The notes beneath the pieces were generated by a model. The model did no database searches and had not been told where the DNA came from. It saw nothing but the letters and a program-made list of their open reading frames with translations. The translations under genes and the position numbers were made by a program. Of a stretch of DNA of 32,287 nt, positions 9,033 through 17,376 are shown one piece after another. The DNA comes from Candidatus Hydrothermarchaeales archaeon. Lineage in GTDB: Archaea > Hydrothermarchaeota > Hydrothermarchaeia > Hydrothermarchaeales > JAZGAD01. How positions within the stretch are numbered: position 1 is the first letter of the stretch; every line of letters starts with the position of its first letter. Location of the stretch: assembly GCA_036444275.1 (NCBI GenBank), contig JAZGAD010000041.1, forward strand, positions 1-32,287, in the 5' to 3' direction.

Positions 9033-9455
9033 ATGGCTCTGCTTTATCTCGATACAAACATCTATTTGGACTATTGGGAAGCAAGAAGCGACAAGATGAG
9101 ACCGCTTGGCGAATTTGCGTACTCTGTCCTACGCAGAACCGTCGAGTGTGAATTCATAATTTTGATCTCAGACCTCGTTTTAACCGAGCTGAGGAATTTT
9201 ATAGAAGACGCTGAAATCAAAGAGGTCCTTTCAAGTCTTAAGGAAAACAATAAGCTGGTGCTCAAAAAAGTAAGCGATCCCGTCGTAAGTGAGGCAAAGA
9301 CGCAGAAGAAAAGGCATGCAGAAGTCCCGCTTCCAGATTTGATACACTACTGTTTTGCGATTAGAAACAAGGTTGATGTGCTTGTTACTAGGGACGCCCA
9401 CTACTCAGTGCTGCCACAAGATAAAATAAAAATAAGAAAACCCGAGGAAATTTAA
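9033..9455 (+). CDS. PIN-domain (VapC-like) ribonuclease
   Basis: YLDTNIY...LTEL...PDLIH...LVTRDAHY acidic PIN motifs. Confidence 0.88.
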   Translation: MALLYLDTNIYLDYWEARSDKMRPLGEFAYSVLRRTVECEFIILISDLVLTELRNFIEDAEIKEVLSSLKENNKLVLKKVSDPVVSEAKTQKKRHAEVPLPDLIHYCFAIRNKVDVLVTRDAHYSVLPQDKIKIRKPEEI

Positions 9456-9456
9456 T

Positions 9457-9741
9457 TTAAAGACTGAGTTCTTTTTCCACATCTTTACTTTTGGTTCTTT
9501 CTCTCAGAAACTGTTCAAGTATCTCTTCTTTCTCCCCTTCGCTGAGAGGCATCACTTTTTTTGAGCCGTAGTGCCTTGAGAGTACGTCCAAGGCTTTCCG
9601 CTTCTTGTACTCTTCCACATTGGCCCTGATGCTCTCTTTGATGAATTCGTTCAAGCTGCTGAAAAGCCCCTCGTCAACGATTCCCTGTGCCTCCTCAAAA
9701 ACCTTCGGAGGTAACCTCACGTGGATAGATTTCGTTTCCAT
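9457..9741 (-). CDS. Ribbon-helix-helix (CopG/ParD-like) antitoxin-type protein
   Basis: 'SIHVRLP...IVDEGLFSSLNEFIKESIR' RHH pattern. Confidence 0.82.
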   Translation of the reverse strand: METKSIHVRLPPKVFEEAQGIVDEGLFSSLNEFIKESIRANVEEYKKRKALDVLSRHYGSKKVMPLSEGEKEEILEQFLRERTKSKDVEKELSL

Positions 9742-9742
9742 A

Positions 9743-9772
9743 ATACCATATTGGTATAATTTTGGTATAAAT
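9743..9772 (-). promoter_or_regulatory. Putative leaderless promoter and autoregulatory operator of the RHH gene
   Basis: TTGGTATAA occurs twice (9751-9759, 9762-9770) with an inverted ATACCA at 9743-9748. A minus-strand TTTATA box lies ~26-31 nt upstream of the ATG. Confidence 0.55.
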
Positions 9773-10023
9773 ATGTTGCGGCTCTATAGATTTTTCGCCT
9801 ACGATTTCAGGGAAGACGCTTTATCAGGTATTCACTCAAATAACGCTCTATCTTGTCTTTGAGCCGGGGGAGGCTTTGATAGCAGTGCCCAACAAGAGCT
9901 ATGACCTGCCTGTCTTTTACGCACTTCAGGATTTCTTTCTTCGTATTGAGATTTCAAGAGGATTTTTAAATTACACTATTAATATGAAGATAAATAAATT
10001 ATAATGCGTGAATTGGAGAAAGT

Positions 10024-10070
10024 ATGTTCGATCCGAAGAGCTTCATCCGGGAATCACTCACGGAGATTAG
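10024..10070 (+). repeat. 47-bp direct repeat, copy 2 (true start of guaAB)
   Basis: Identical to 8974-9020. Confidence 0.97.
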
Positions 10071-10953
10071 AGATCAAGTGGGCGAGGGCTCTGCAATAAT
10101 AGCTCTGTCCGGGGGTGTCGATAGTTCTGTTGCCGCAACCCTAATGCATCAAGCGGTAGGCAGACATCTCATTGCTGTCTTCGTTGACCATGGGTTCATG
10201 AGGAAAGGCGAGGGAGAGGAGATACAGAAAATATTCAGGGGAGAATTAGGGATGAACCTGGTTGCCCTAGACGTCAGGGATAGATTTTTTGAAGCCCTGA
10301 AAGGGGTGGTTGATCCTGAGGGGAAGAGAAAGGTGATAGGGGAGCTCTTCATCAGGGTTTTTGAGGAAGAGGCTGCCAAGGTAAAGGCTGATTTATTGGT
10401 ACAGGGCACCATAGCTCCCGACTGGATAGAGAGCATGGGAGGTATAAAAAGCCATCACAATGTAGCTGGTCTGCCCTCTGGTATGCAGCTCAAGCTGGTG
10501 GAGCCTCTTAGGGATTTATACAAGGACGAGGTCAGGAAGGTGGCTAGAGAGCTTGGATTACCTTCAGTTATATCTGAGAGGATGCCCTTCCCTGGGCCCG
10601 GACTAGCAGTTAGAGTGCTGGGTGAAGTTACCCCCGAGAAGATCTCAATAGTTAGGGAGGCCAATGCCATCGTGGAGGGGGAGATCACAAAGGCTGGTTT
10701 GAAGCCGTGGCAGGCGTTAGCCGTGCTTTTAGAGGAGAAGACAGTTGGAGTGAAGGGAGATATAAGGGACTACGGCTATACAATAGCGGTCAGGGCTGTG
10801 GAATCTGTTGATGCGATGACTGCTGTAGCAATGGAAATACCCTGGGAGGTCCTCAAAGAGATGCAGAAAAGGATGACGAGGGAGATTCCGGGGGTAACTA
10901 GAATTTTGTATGACATAACCGATAAGCCTCCAGCTACCATAGAATTTGAGTAG
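10024..10953 (+). CDS. guaAB: GMP synthase subunit B (ATP pyrophosphatase)
   Basis: [11 protein letters not shown]-loop, [26 protein letters not shown]; no glutaminase domain. Confidence 0.97.
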   Translation: MFDPKSFIRESLTEIRDQVGEGSAIIALSGGVDSSVAATLMHQAVGRHLIAVFVDHGFMRKGEGEEIQKIFRGELGMNLVALDVRDRFFEALKGVVDPEGKRKVIGELFIRVFEEEAAKVKADLLVQGTIAPDWIESMGGIKSHHNVAGLPSGMQLKLVEPLRDLYKDEVRKVARELGLPSVISERMPFPGPGLAVRVLGEVTPEKISIVREANAIVEGEITKAGLKPWQALAVLLEEKTVGVKGDIRDYGYTIAVRAVESVDAMTAVAMEIPWEVLKEMQKRMTREIPGVTRILYDITDKPPATIEFE

Positions 10954-11009
10954 ATGGCAGAGAGCGTCTGTACTGGATTAATACTGAACCTACAAAAATA
11001 GGAATTCTC

Positions 11010-11181
11010 AAAGAAAAATATTGTGAACAGATAGTGATTGCGCCTGTAGAGTTAAGATAGACACTGGAGAGCCTTTCTTTGAGAATAAGGATTATGTCAA
11101 TGAGAGCGTGCAGATCCCTGATTTTTGCACAGGTATTACAGAAATTTTCGCATAAGATGTATAGATAACAGCTGCGAGCAG
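11010..11181 (+). pseudogene. Frameshifted remnant of a Cys-rich, probably extracellular domain
   Basis: Joining frames gives KEKYCEQ/DSDCACRVKIDTGEPFFENKDYVNESVQIPDFCTGIT/RIRCIDNSCEQ. Confidence 0.5.
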
Positions 11182-11182
11182 G

Positions 11183-12670
11183 CTATTCTGAGATGTTCTG
11201 ATATTTGAAGAGGTTCAGCTCGTCTAGATAGAATACATAGGTGCCGAGGGGAATTTCGGGGCCGCCGCCGACGGAGATGGAAAACATCTCGACTTGGTCG
11301 AGGTCGAGTTGGCTGTTCTCATCGAAGTTATCTCCCCAGGGGTCCAGTCTAAAACCAGAGAAGGGAACGCGGTCCTTGACCCAACCCTCTTTCTTAAAAC
11401 TCCTCATGCGGAAATACATATATCTGCTTCGGTCTTTCTCCTCCAAGGACAAGGCCAATCTACCCAAGCTAAGGGGCTCTGGCACATAGGACCAAATTGT
11501 TATGCCATCGTAGCCGGCGAGCTGGGTTTTAATCAATCCAATGGCCGCGAAGCTGTCCTCTTCGCCCAAGATCTCCACGCTGACCTTCATGGACTTACCG
11601 GCCTTAGAAAATTCGGTGCTCTGGGTGATATCCAATAAAGCCTCTGGACCTTCCATAGGGAACCAGTTGCCCACATCCTCCATACCGTCCAGCCTGAACT
11701 CCACTATTGGACGAGGCGTCTCTGGTGGCCGCGTTATGGGCGGAGGCCTGGTCGTAGGCGCAGCAGTGACGACAGGCGGTGCAAGCGTAATCATTGGACT
11801 CACAGTAGTTGGTTGAGGCCCCATCGGAGCCCGTGTCTTGGTTTCAATAAGTGGAGGAGAGGTTTTTATGGCAGGTGCCGTCTTCTTCCCTCCGAATATA
11901 CCCTGAAAGACAGCTATGCTTACTAGCAATAGCACGACGAAAGCCACGACTTTGACCAAGGGCAGTTTTCTTTTCACTTCTCCTACTTCGGCTTTGGCTA
12001 CTGGGACCTCCCCTATAGGAGCCAATTTGAAACCATGTTTCGTAACCTGGAATTCGACCCAATTTTGGGAATACGTGATTCCTTTGGCGAAGAGCACCCT
12101 GAACTTCCTCTTGAGGCTTGGGGCTTCTTCCAGCCTCATCTCGAGGACGGCATCCACCATGGCCTTCAGCGTTATGACCATCTTCTCATCGTGCATCTCC
12201 TCCTGCAGGGTGTAGAGGGCGAAGCCGTAATCCATTTTGATCTTAATATTGATGGACTCGAAGAACTTCCTAATCTCACTTTCTGATGCGTGTAGGAAAA
12301 ACGTGGATAAAGAGTTGAATATTATTCTCACGGGTTTCCCCAGAGCCTCGGCCGCCTCTGAGATCCTCACGCTTACCATGTTCAGATTCGCCGGGTTGTC
12401 TACGTAGAGGACCTTTTCATCCTTAGGGCCGGCTGCCCTAGTAAATACGTCCACAAAAAGAAAGCTGTTGCCCTCGTAGGCTCCTAAGTCTACGTCCAGT
12501 TCCTTCATCCGGTCCCTGATTTCTGAAGGGCTCTTCACAGTTGTTACGTATACCACCTTTTCATTGTTTTTGAGGTAGCCCTTCATCAGGTGGAGGCAGT
12601 ACTCAGATTTCCCTACGCCAGGAGACCCGAGCAGCAGTACGCTATACTTTTTGGGAAACACTTCGTCCAT
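11183..12670 (-). CDS. KaiC/RAD55-like ATPase - TM helix - Pro/Thr linker - carbohydrate-binding (CBM11/CIA30-like) domain fusion
   Basis: Walker A GSPGVGKS; 'YVDNPANLNMVS' and 'LKAMVDAVLEM'; TM VVAFVVLLLVSIAVFQGIF; P/T-rich linker; C-terminal 'YDGITIW...GWVKDRVPFSGF...LDLDQV...FYLDEL' jelly-roll pattern. Confidence 0.85.
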   Translation of the reverse strand: MDEVFPKKYSVLLLGSPGVGKSEYCLHLMKGYLKNNEKVVYVTTVKSPSEIRDRMKELDVDLGAYEGNSFLFVDVFTRAAGPKDEKVLYVDNPANLNMVSVRISEAAEALGKPVRIIFNSLSTFFLHASESEIRKFFESINIKIKMDYGFALYTLQEEMHDEKMVITLKAMVDAVLEMRLEEAPSLKRKFRVLFAKGITYSQNWVEFQVTKHGFKLAPIGEVPVAKAEVGEVKRKLPLVKVVAFVVLLLVSIAVFQGIFGGKKTAPAIKTSPPLIETKTRAPMGPQPTTVSPMITLAPPVVTAAPTTRPPPITRPPETPRPIVEFRLDGMEDVGNWFPMEGPEALLDITQSTEFSKAGKSMKVSVEILGEEDSFAAIGLIKTQLAGYDGITIWSYVPEPLSLGRLALSLEEKDRSRYMYFRMRSFKKEGWVKDRVPFSGFRLDPWGDNFDENSQLDLDQVEMFSISVGGGPEIPLGTYVFYLDELNLFKYQNISE

Positions 12671-12706
12671 TTCTATTTCACACTCACCGGTATTACATAG
12701 CTAACA

Positions 12707-13555
12707 TCAGGACTCTGAATTGAGTATGGCCATCGGGATCGCCAATGGGAGGTATTTCACTAACCTCGTCACGGTGTTGCTCGGGTAAACTTTGATAGCG
12801 CCTTTCTTGTAATTATCCATTAGGGACTCTACCACTTTACCAGTGATGGCCGGATCCGTCTTACTCTTCTCACTCACAGCGCCCTGTAGCCCACTGATAC
12901 TGATAAACTTGTTCAACGTCAAGGCTTGCTCCTCGTCTTCTATCAATGGGGCAAATAGGAGGAGGTTTAGATATTCCTCTCCGTCTATCTCGCGGGTGAA
13001 TGACCTGCCTGTTCTGGGGTCCACGAAGTCTAAGCGCCAGATACCCATGCCGGAGAAAGCATCGCTCCTCAGCACCATGACCATATCGTTTGCGGTGAGG
13101 CGTCTCGTGACATGCAGCTCGCCCCCCGCACCGAACTTAAAATCCATCTTGCCGACTAGGCTGGTGAGTTCGCCGAAGAAGGAAGTTGGGATCGTTATCA
13201 CCAGCTGAAACCTTTCGCCTCCCTGAGGCACCTCTCCGTCCCTCTCAAGGTAAACCCCCGATATGCCCTGGCCCAAAAGCAACTCGCAATTGGACTCAAA
13301 GGAACCCGAGGAGAATATGTCCCGCAGAGCGTGGCCCTGGATCTTGGTTCTGGCCTCTATCAAGAAGGGCTCCCCACCAGTCAAGATGCCGAAGCCCAGC
13401 TCTACCTCGTTTCCATTGGTCTCGTCCACGAGCAATATGAGGATATTCTTCGCACTCATGGCTTGAATGTTCTTCGTGGCTGAAAAAACCAGCGCTCCTA
13501 TGCTCCCGCCTATGACGATTAAAAGGACAATTATCCCCACTATTACCTTCTTCAT
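12707..13555 (-). CDS. Membrane-anchored extracellular protein, possibly divergent LCP/DUF4012-like
   Basis: N-terminal TM anchor followed by 'KNILILLVDE', resembling the first strand of LCP-fold domains; co-oriented 36 nt upstream of the KaiC fusion. Confidence 0.55.
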   Translation of the reverse strand: MKKVIVGIIVLLIVIGGSIGALVFSATKNIQAMSAKNILILLVDETNGNEVELGFGILTGGEPFLIEARTKIQGHALRDIFSSGSFESNCELLLGQGISGVYLERDGEVPQGGERFQLVITIPTSFFGELTSLVGKMDFKFGAGGELHVTRRLTANDMVMVLRSDAFSGMGIWRLDFVDPRTGRSFTREIDGEEYLNLLLFAPLIEDEEQALTLNKFISISGLQGAVSEKSKTDPAITGKVVESLMDNYKKGAIKVYPSNTVTRLVKYLPLAIPMAILNSES

Positions 13556-13824
13556 TGCATATACTCTCTAAGCATGGAAATAAGATAAATATTGTTATTG
13601 ATAGTTTTCGCGTGGCCATCCTAACAACTGAAAGTATACGATTCAAACCAAGATGTCAAGTAATATACAAAAAGTCAAAAACGTGTTTCTCTTCTGCATA
13701 CCCATTTTTTACCTTTATATCCATGTTCAGTTACTAAATTCCAATTTATTTAAGCCTAGAAAAAAACTTATAGTCTAATAGTTTACAACAAATTGCAAAA
13801 GCAAGAGTAGGAGGTATAGGAAAT

Positions 13825-13962
13825 ATGTCTGAATGCGAAGTCTGTGGGGGCGACGTCGTAGAATTAAATAAATGCAAGGAGTGCGGTACCCTATTTTGCA
13901 ATAACTGTGGAGACTCGGTAAAGGTGCTCTGCGAATACTGCAAGGAAGAAGAGGAGTGGTAG
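13825..13962 (+). CDS. 45-aa zinc-finger microprotein (four CxxC motifs)
   Basis: Below the ORF-track cutoff: MSECEVCGGDVVELNKCKECGTLFCNNCGDSVKVLCEYCKEEEEW*. SD AGGAGGT at 13809-13815. Confidence 0.85.
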   Translation: MSECEVCGGDVVELNKCKECGTLFCNNCGDSVKVLCEYCKEEEEW

Positions 13963-15054
13963 CAGGATACTCTTAAGCTTCTCCACCCCTGCTTCTGTTT
14001 TTATACATGTGGGGGAGAAATGCGTCCTAGAAGTTTTATAGCCACGTAGGCCTCTGATTATCTTCTCCATGGGGGGTGCGCTGACCTTCAATTTACTACA
14101 GAGAGTATGAATGTCATAGTAGAATGGAATATCCACCTCTTGGGTAATCGTTTCGAGAAGTTTTTCCAGCTCTGCATCCCACAAATACCTGGACTCTGAT
14201 AGCACTCTTCTACAGAACTCCGAATCCTTGATACTGCCCAGCCATAGTGGGCCTGCCACCTCATATTCATGTCCACACTTACACTCCTTTGGCATGGAAA
14301 ATAGCTGGCGTTCAAAAGAGCGATTCAAACAAGCCCTGCAGTAGTAGAGATAACCCATTTGCTCCAGTGTTAAATCAGCCTCCTTCTTCCCCTTTGGAAG
14401 CTCTATGTATGTCCTGAAGTAGTGCTCAGTAGAGTGAGACAAGAGGCAGTTCATCCCTTTACCGTATCTGGCGCATATTCTTGCCGTGTAGCCCAGCAAT
14501 ATGCGTAAGCCGACCTCGTGGGCGAACTCACACCTAATGGGTAGAGATGAGTACCTCCTAAGACAGGTTTTTGGGTAGACCCCGCACAGCGCTGCTGTAT
14601 CAGTGGCAGCGAAGGCTAGATAGCCATTTCTCTTCAAGGTTGCTACAGCGTTATCTAGGAAGAAAGCTGGAGATCCAAAGGGATCAATATCGATGAAGTT
14701 GAAAGCACGCGAGTTCCGCCTTAGGAAGAGGTCAGCAGGCTCGTTTGAAACTTCAACTTCTACGTCGTTGAGCTCGGCATTCCTTAATATGTTCTCATAG
14801 GCTTCTGCACTGGCATCATTCAAGTGCACACTAACACCAGCTTCATTAGCAACTCTAATCCCTCTAGCACCACTTGCAGCTAAAAGGTCCAGATAGAGGA
14901 TATCCTTCTCTCTGGCTAGAGCTTTTATTACAGAGCAGCTGACGTCGCGGCTCAGCTTTGACCGTGGGTTGTAGAATACAACTTGTTTCTTCGATGCATC
15001 TCCACTTTTCGGCACTAGTAATTTGGTCGTGCCTTCGACTATTTCCGTGTGCAT
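13891..15054 (-). CDS. trm1: tRNA (guanine26-N2)-dimethyltransferase
   Basis: VFYNP, LAASGARGIR, DIDPFGSP, ATDTAALCG, HEVGLRIL, GPLWLG, RTHF. Confidence 0.96.
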   Translation of the reverse strand: MHTEIVEGTTKLLVPKSGDASKKQVVFYNPRSKLSRDVSCSVIKALAREKDILYLDLLAASGARGIRVANEAGVSVHLNDASAEAYENILRNAELNDVEVEVSNEPADLFLRRNSRAFNFIDIDPFGSPAFFLDNAVATLKRNGYLAFAATDTAALCGVYPKTCLRRYSSLPIRCEFAHEVGLRILLGYTARICARYGKGMNCLLSHSTEHYFRTYIELPKGKKEADLTLEQMGYLYYCRACLNRSFERQLFSMPKECKCGHEYEVAGPLWLGSIKDSEFCRRVLSESRYLWDAELEKLLETITQEVDIPFYYDIHTLCSKLKVSAPPMEKIIRGLRGYKTSRTHFSPTCIKTEAGVEKLKSILLPLLFFLAVFAEHLYRVSTVIAK

Positions 15055-15227
15055 TTCGCTACCTCTCTCGATTTCGATGTATAAGAAACAAATTATGCCA
15101 GAGTATTAATAAATCACCACAGGCAGATTCCTTATTAGCTTGGTGTACGTATTTACTAAGGTGAAAAATAGCGGGACGACGATTCATTTACCCACTAAGA
15201 CATGCTTTATCCCCGGAGGAATCTACC

Positions 15228-15872
15228 TTGAATACACAAAAGCTCTACGCCATTCAGGAGCGTTTGGCAAAGAAAGTACGTCTAGTCGATGGCTTTGAGA
15301 AGTTGGAGCGGATAGCCGGAAGCGATCTAGCTTACTCTGGGAAACAGGCTTACTGTGCAGTTGCAATCTTAGCTTATTCAACAATGAAACTACTGGAGGA
15401 GAGGGCGGTAGAGAAGAAGATAAACATCCCATATATCCCAACATTCCTTGCTTTTAGGGAACTAGAACCAGTGATGGAGGCCATTAAGGGATTGGAATTC
15501 GATGTCCTCATCCTAGACGGACAGGGTATAGCCCATCCCAGGGGACTCGGGATTGCTTCTCATGTAGGTGTTTTGGCAGATGTCCCTACGATAGGTGTTG
15601 CAAAGTCCCGTCTCTGCGGCGAAGTTAAAGAGAAACTAGAGGTAGGGAAACCGGTTGCCCTATTCTACGAGGGAAGGCAAGTGGGATACGCATTAAGAAC
15701 CAAGAGGGATACGAAGCCCATCTACGTCTCCCCTGGGCACAAAGTCTCCCTTGAATCCAGCATTGAAATAGTACAGGCATGTCTCAAGAAGCACAAACTA
15801 CCGGAGCCAACTAGGATAGCCCATCAGCTTGCTGAGAATGCCAAGAGAGAAAAGACTACAATAGTAGTGTAG
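15228..15872 (+). CDS. nfi: Endonuclease V
   Basis: PYIPTFLAFRE, DGQGIAHPRGLGIASH, GVAKSRL, PIYVSPGH, LPEPTR. TTG start after GGAGG. Confidence 0.96.
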   Translation: MNTQKLYAIQERLAKKVRLVDGFEKLERIAGSDLAYSGKQAYCAVAILAYSTMKLLEERAVEKKINIPYIPTFLAFRELEPVMEAIKGLEFDVLILDGQGIAHPRGLGIASHVGVLADVPTIGVAKSRLCGEVKEKLEVGKPVALFYEGRQVGYALRTKRDTKPIYVSPGHKVSLESSIEIVQACLKKHKLPEPTRIAHQLAENAKREKTTIVV

Positions 15873-15877
15873 AAACT

Positions 15878-16369
15878 CTAGGGTTTCCATACCTTCAGGA
15901 AGTCCACCCTTTCAAAATCACCGTCATTGGTGGCGATGTCTTTAATGTCGTACACTTTGCAGCAGGCTGAATGAAGGGCATCGGAAAACAAGAGCCCATA
16001 CTCCCTTGAGATGTTCAACGCCTTTTCCAGAACATTAGAGGTGTCCAAGATTTTAAACCCGTAGTCTTTGAGAACTTCCCTACTTGCCTTAAACGGCTTA
16101 TTTAAACTTTTAATGAAAGCCGGGTTGCTCTTCAGAAATTTTACAGCATTCTGAGAGACTAACTTCTTCTTGGTATAAACCTCAAAAATCACGAGTTTAT
16201 GAAAAAATTCGTCAAGCACAGTGGAGTTAATATACCCTTCAACTTCGCCGTATTTAACCCTGCCAAGGAAATCCTCGCATGTTTTACTATAGCGGGTGTT
16301 TGTAAAAGCGTATATCAGAATGCTTGTATCAACGAAGACCGGGCCTTTAACTAGGTGCTCCAGCTCCAT
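15878..16369 (-). CDS. vapC: PIN-domain VapC toxin
   Basis: FVDTSILIY...LDEF...SDALH...ATNDGDF; start overlaps the stop of the upstream small gene. Confidence 0.88.
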   Translation of the reverse strand: MELEHLVKGPVFVDTSILIYAFTNTRYSKTCEDFLGRVKYGEVEGYINSTVLDEFFHKLVIFEVYTKKKLVSQNAVKFLKSNPAFIKSLNKPFKASREVLKDYGFKILDTSNVLEKALNISREYGLLFSDALHSACCKVYDIKDIATNDGDFERVDFLKVWKP

Positions 16370-16563
16370 CAGATCAGCTCTTCCAAGTCCTTTTCTGCTA
16401 TCTCCAGAACTATGTCCTCGGAAGCATCTATTTTAGTTTTAACAATCGGACCTTTCTTCAGCTTGACCAATATCTCTTTTTCGTCAATTTTCAAAGGTCT
16501 GTCAAGGATGACCGTTTTTTTATCGATGATTCTGCCGTATACCTGTGCAGGCATTTCCGTCAC
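16369..16563 (-). CDS. Putative cognate antitoxin
   Basis: 64 aa with an acidic C-terminus, translationally coupled (TGATG) upstream of the PIN gene. Confidence 0.7.
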   Translation of the reverse strand: MTEMPAQVYGRIIDKKTVILDRPLKIDEKEILVKLKKGPIVKTKIDASEDIVLEIAEKDLEELI

Positions 16564-16650
16564 CTGCTATATGGTTGCTCTTTTAACCTTAAAAAACTAT
16601 TCTGGGTTGTGTAGAATCCTCTGATTAACAACCGTGGTTTTCTATTATGG

Positions 16651-16690
16651 TGTAGCAAATCTTTAAATATATCAAAAATGATTTGCTACA
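16651..16690 (+). promoter_or_regulatory. Inverted repeat flanking a TATA box; candidate operator of rbkR-ribB
   Basis: TGTAGCAAATC (16651-16661) and GATTTGCTACA (16680-16690) form a perfect 11-bp IR around TTTAAATA. Confidence 0.65.
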
Positions 16691-16708
16691 AAAAAATGAG
16701 TTGATTTT

Positions 16709-17368
16709 ATGGAGATGTTTGCTCTTCTCGCTCTAGCAAAACACGGTTGCTCTGAGAGAATGCTAGAGATATCGTCATCGCAATTAGCAGAAGACTTATC
16801 CATTTCACAGCAGACCGCCTCTAGGAGGATAAAAGAGCTGCTTAACGAGGGGTATATAGTGAGGGAGATACTGCCGAGGGGCCAGAGGATTAGGCTGACC
16901 TCCAAGGGATCGGAATTCTTGAGGCAGATACACATGGATTTAGACAATATTCTTGAGGATGTAGGTCCCTCTACATATCCAGTAACAGGACAAGTTACAT
17001 CTGGGATGGGGGAAGGCAGGTACTACATGGAGACTCCGGGATATAAAAACCAGTTCATCAAGAAGCTGGGCTTTACTCCCTACCCAGGTACGCTGAATCT
17101 GAAGCTCATAACCCAAGAAGATACGAGGATCAGGCAGCAACTGCAGGACATAGGTGGGATCAAGATAACCGGATTCTCTTATAACGGCCGCACCTTTGGC
17201 TCAGTTAAGTGCTTCAGAGCGAGCATCAACGGCATAGAAGGAGCAGTAGTAATACCCTCTAGGACGCATCATGACTTCAACACGCTTGAGGCGATAGCGC
17301 CTGAGAAGATAAGGGATGCTGCCGGGTTAAAGGACGGTGACCTGGTAACAATTAAAGTATATGTTTAG
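16709..17368 (+). CDS. ribK: CTP-dependent riboflavin kinase with N-terminal winged HTH (RbkR-type regulator)
   Basis: HTH 'SQQTASRRIKEL'; kinase motifs 'SGMGEGRYY', 'GFTPYPGTLN', 'RTFG', 'RTHH'. Confidence 0.95.
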   Translation: MEMFALLALAKHGCSERMLEISSSQLAEDLSISQQTASRRIKELLNEGYIVREILPRGQRIRLTSKGSEFLRQIHMDLDNILEDVGPSTYPVTGQVTSGMGEGRYYMETPGYKNQFIKKLGFTPYPGTLNLKLITQEDTRIRQQLQDIGGIKITGFSYNGRTFGSVKCFRASINGIEGAVVIPSRTHHDFNTLEAIAPEKIRDAAGLKDGDLVTIKVYV

Positions 17369-17376
17369 GTGTTACG

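Noticed and set aside
9771-10003. Start-less open frame (...GKTLYQVFTQITLYLVFEPGEALIAVPNKSYDLPVF...) inside the repeat-flanked cassette
   Set aside because: No plausible start or SD and no recognisable family. It could be a gene remnant but cannot be supported without a search.
11004-11086. Perfect 13-bp inverted repeat (ATTCTCAAAGAAA / TTTCTTTGAGAAT) as possible MITE ends
   Set aside because: No target-site duplication, AT-rich, and the arms fall at or within the Cys-rich pseudogene reading frame; probably chance.
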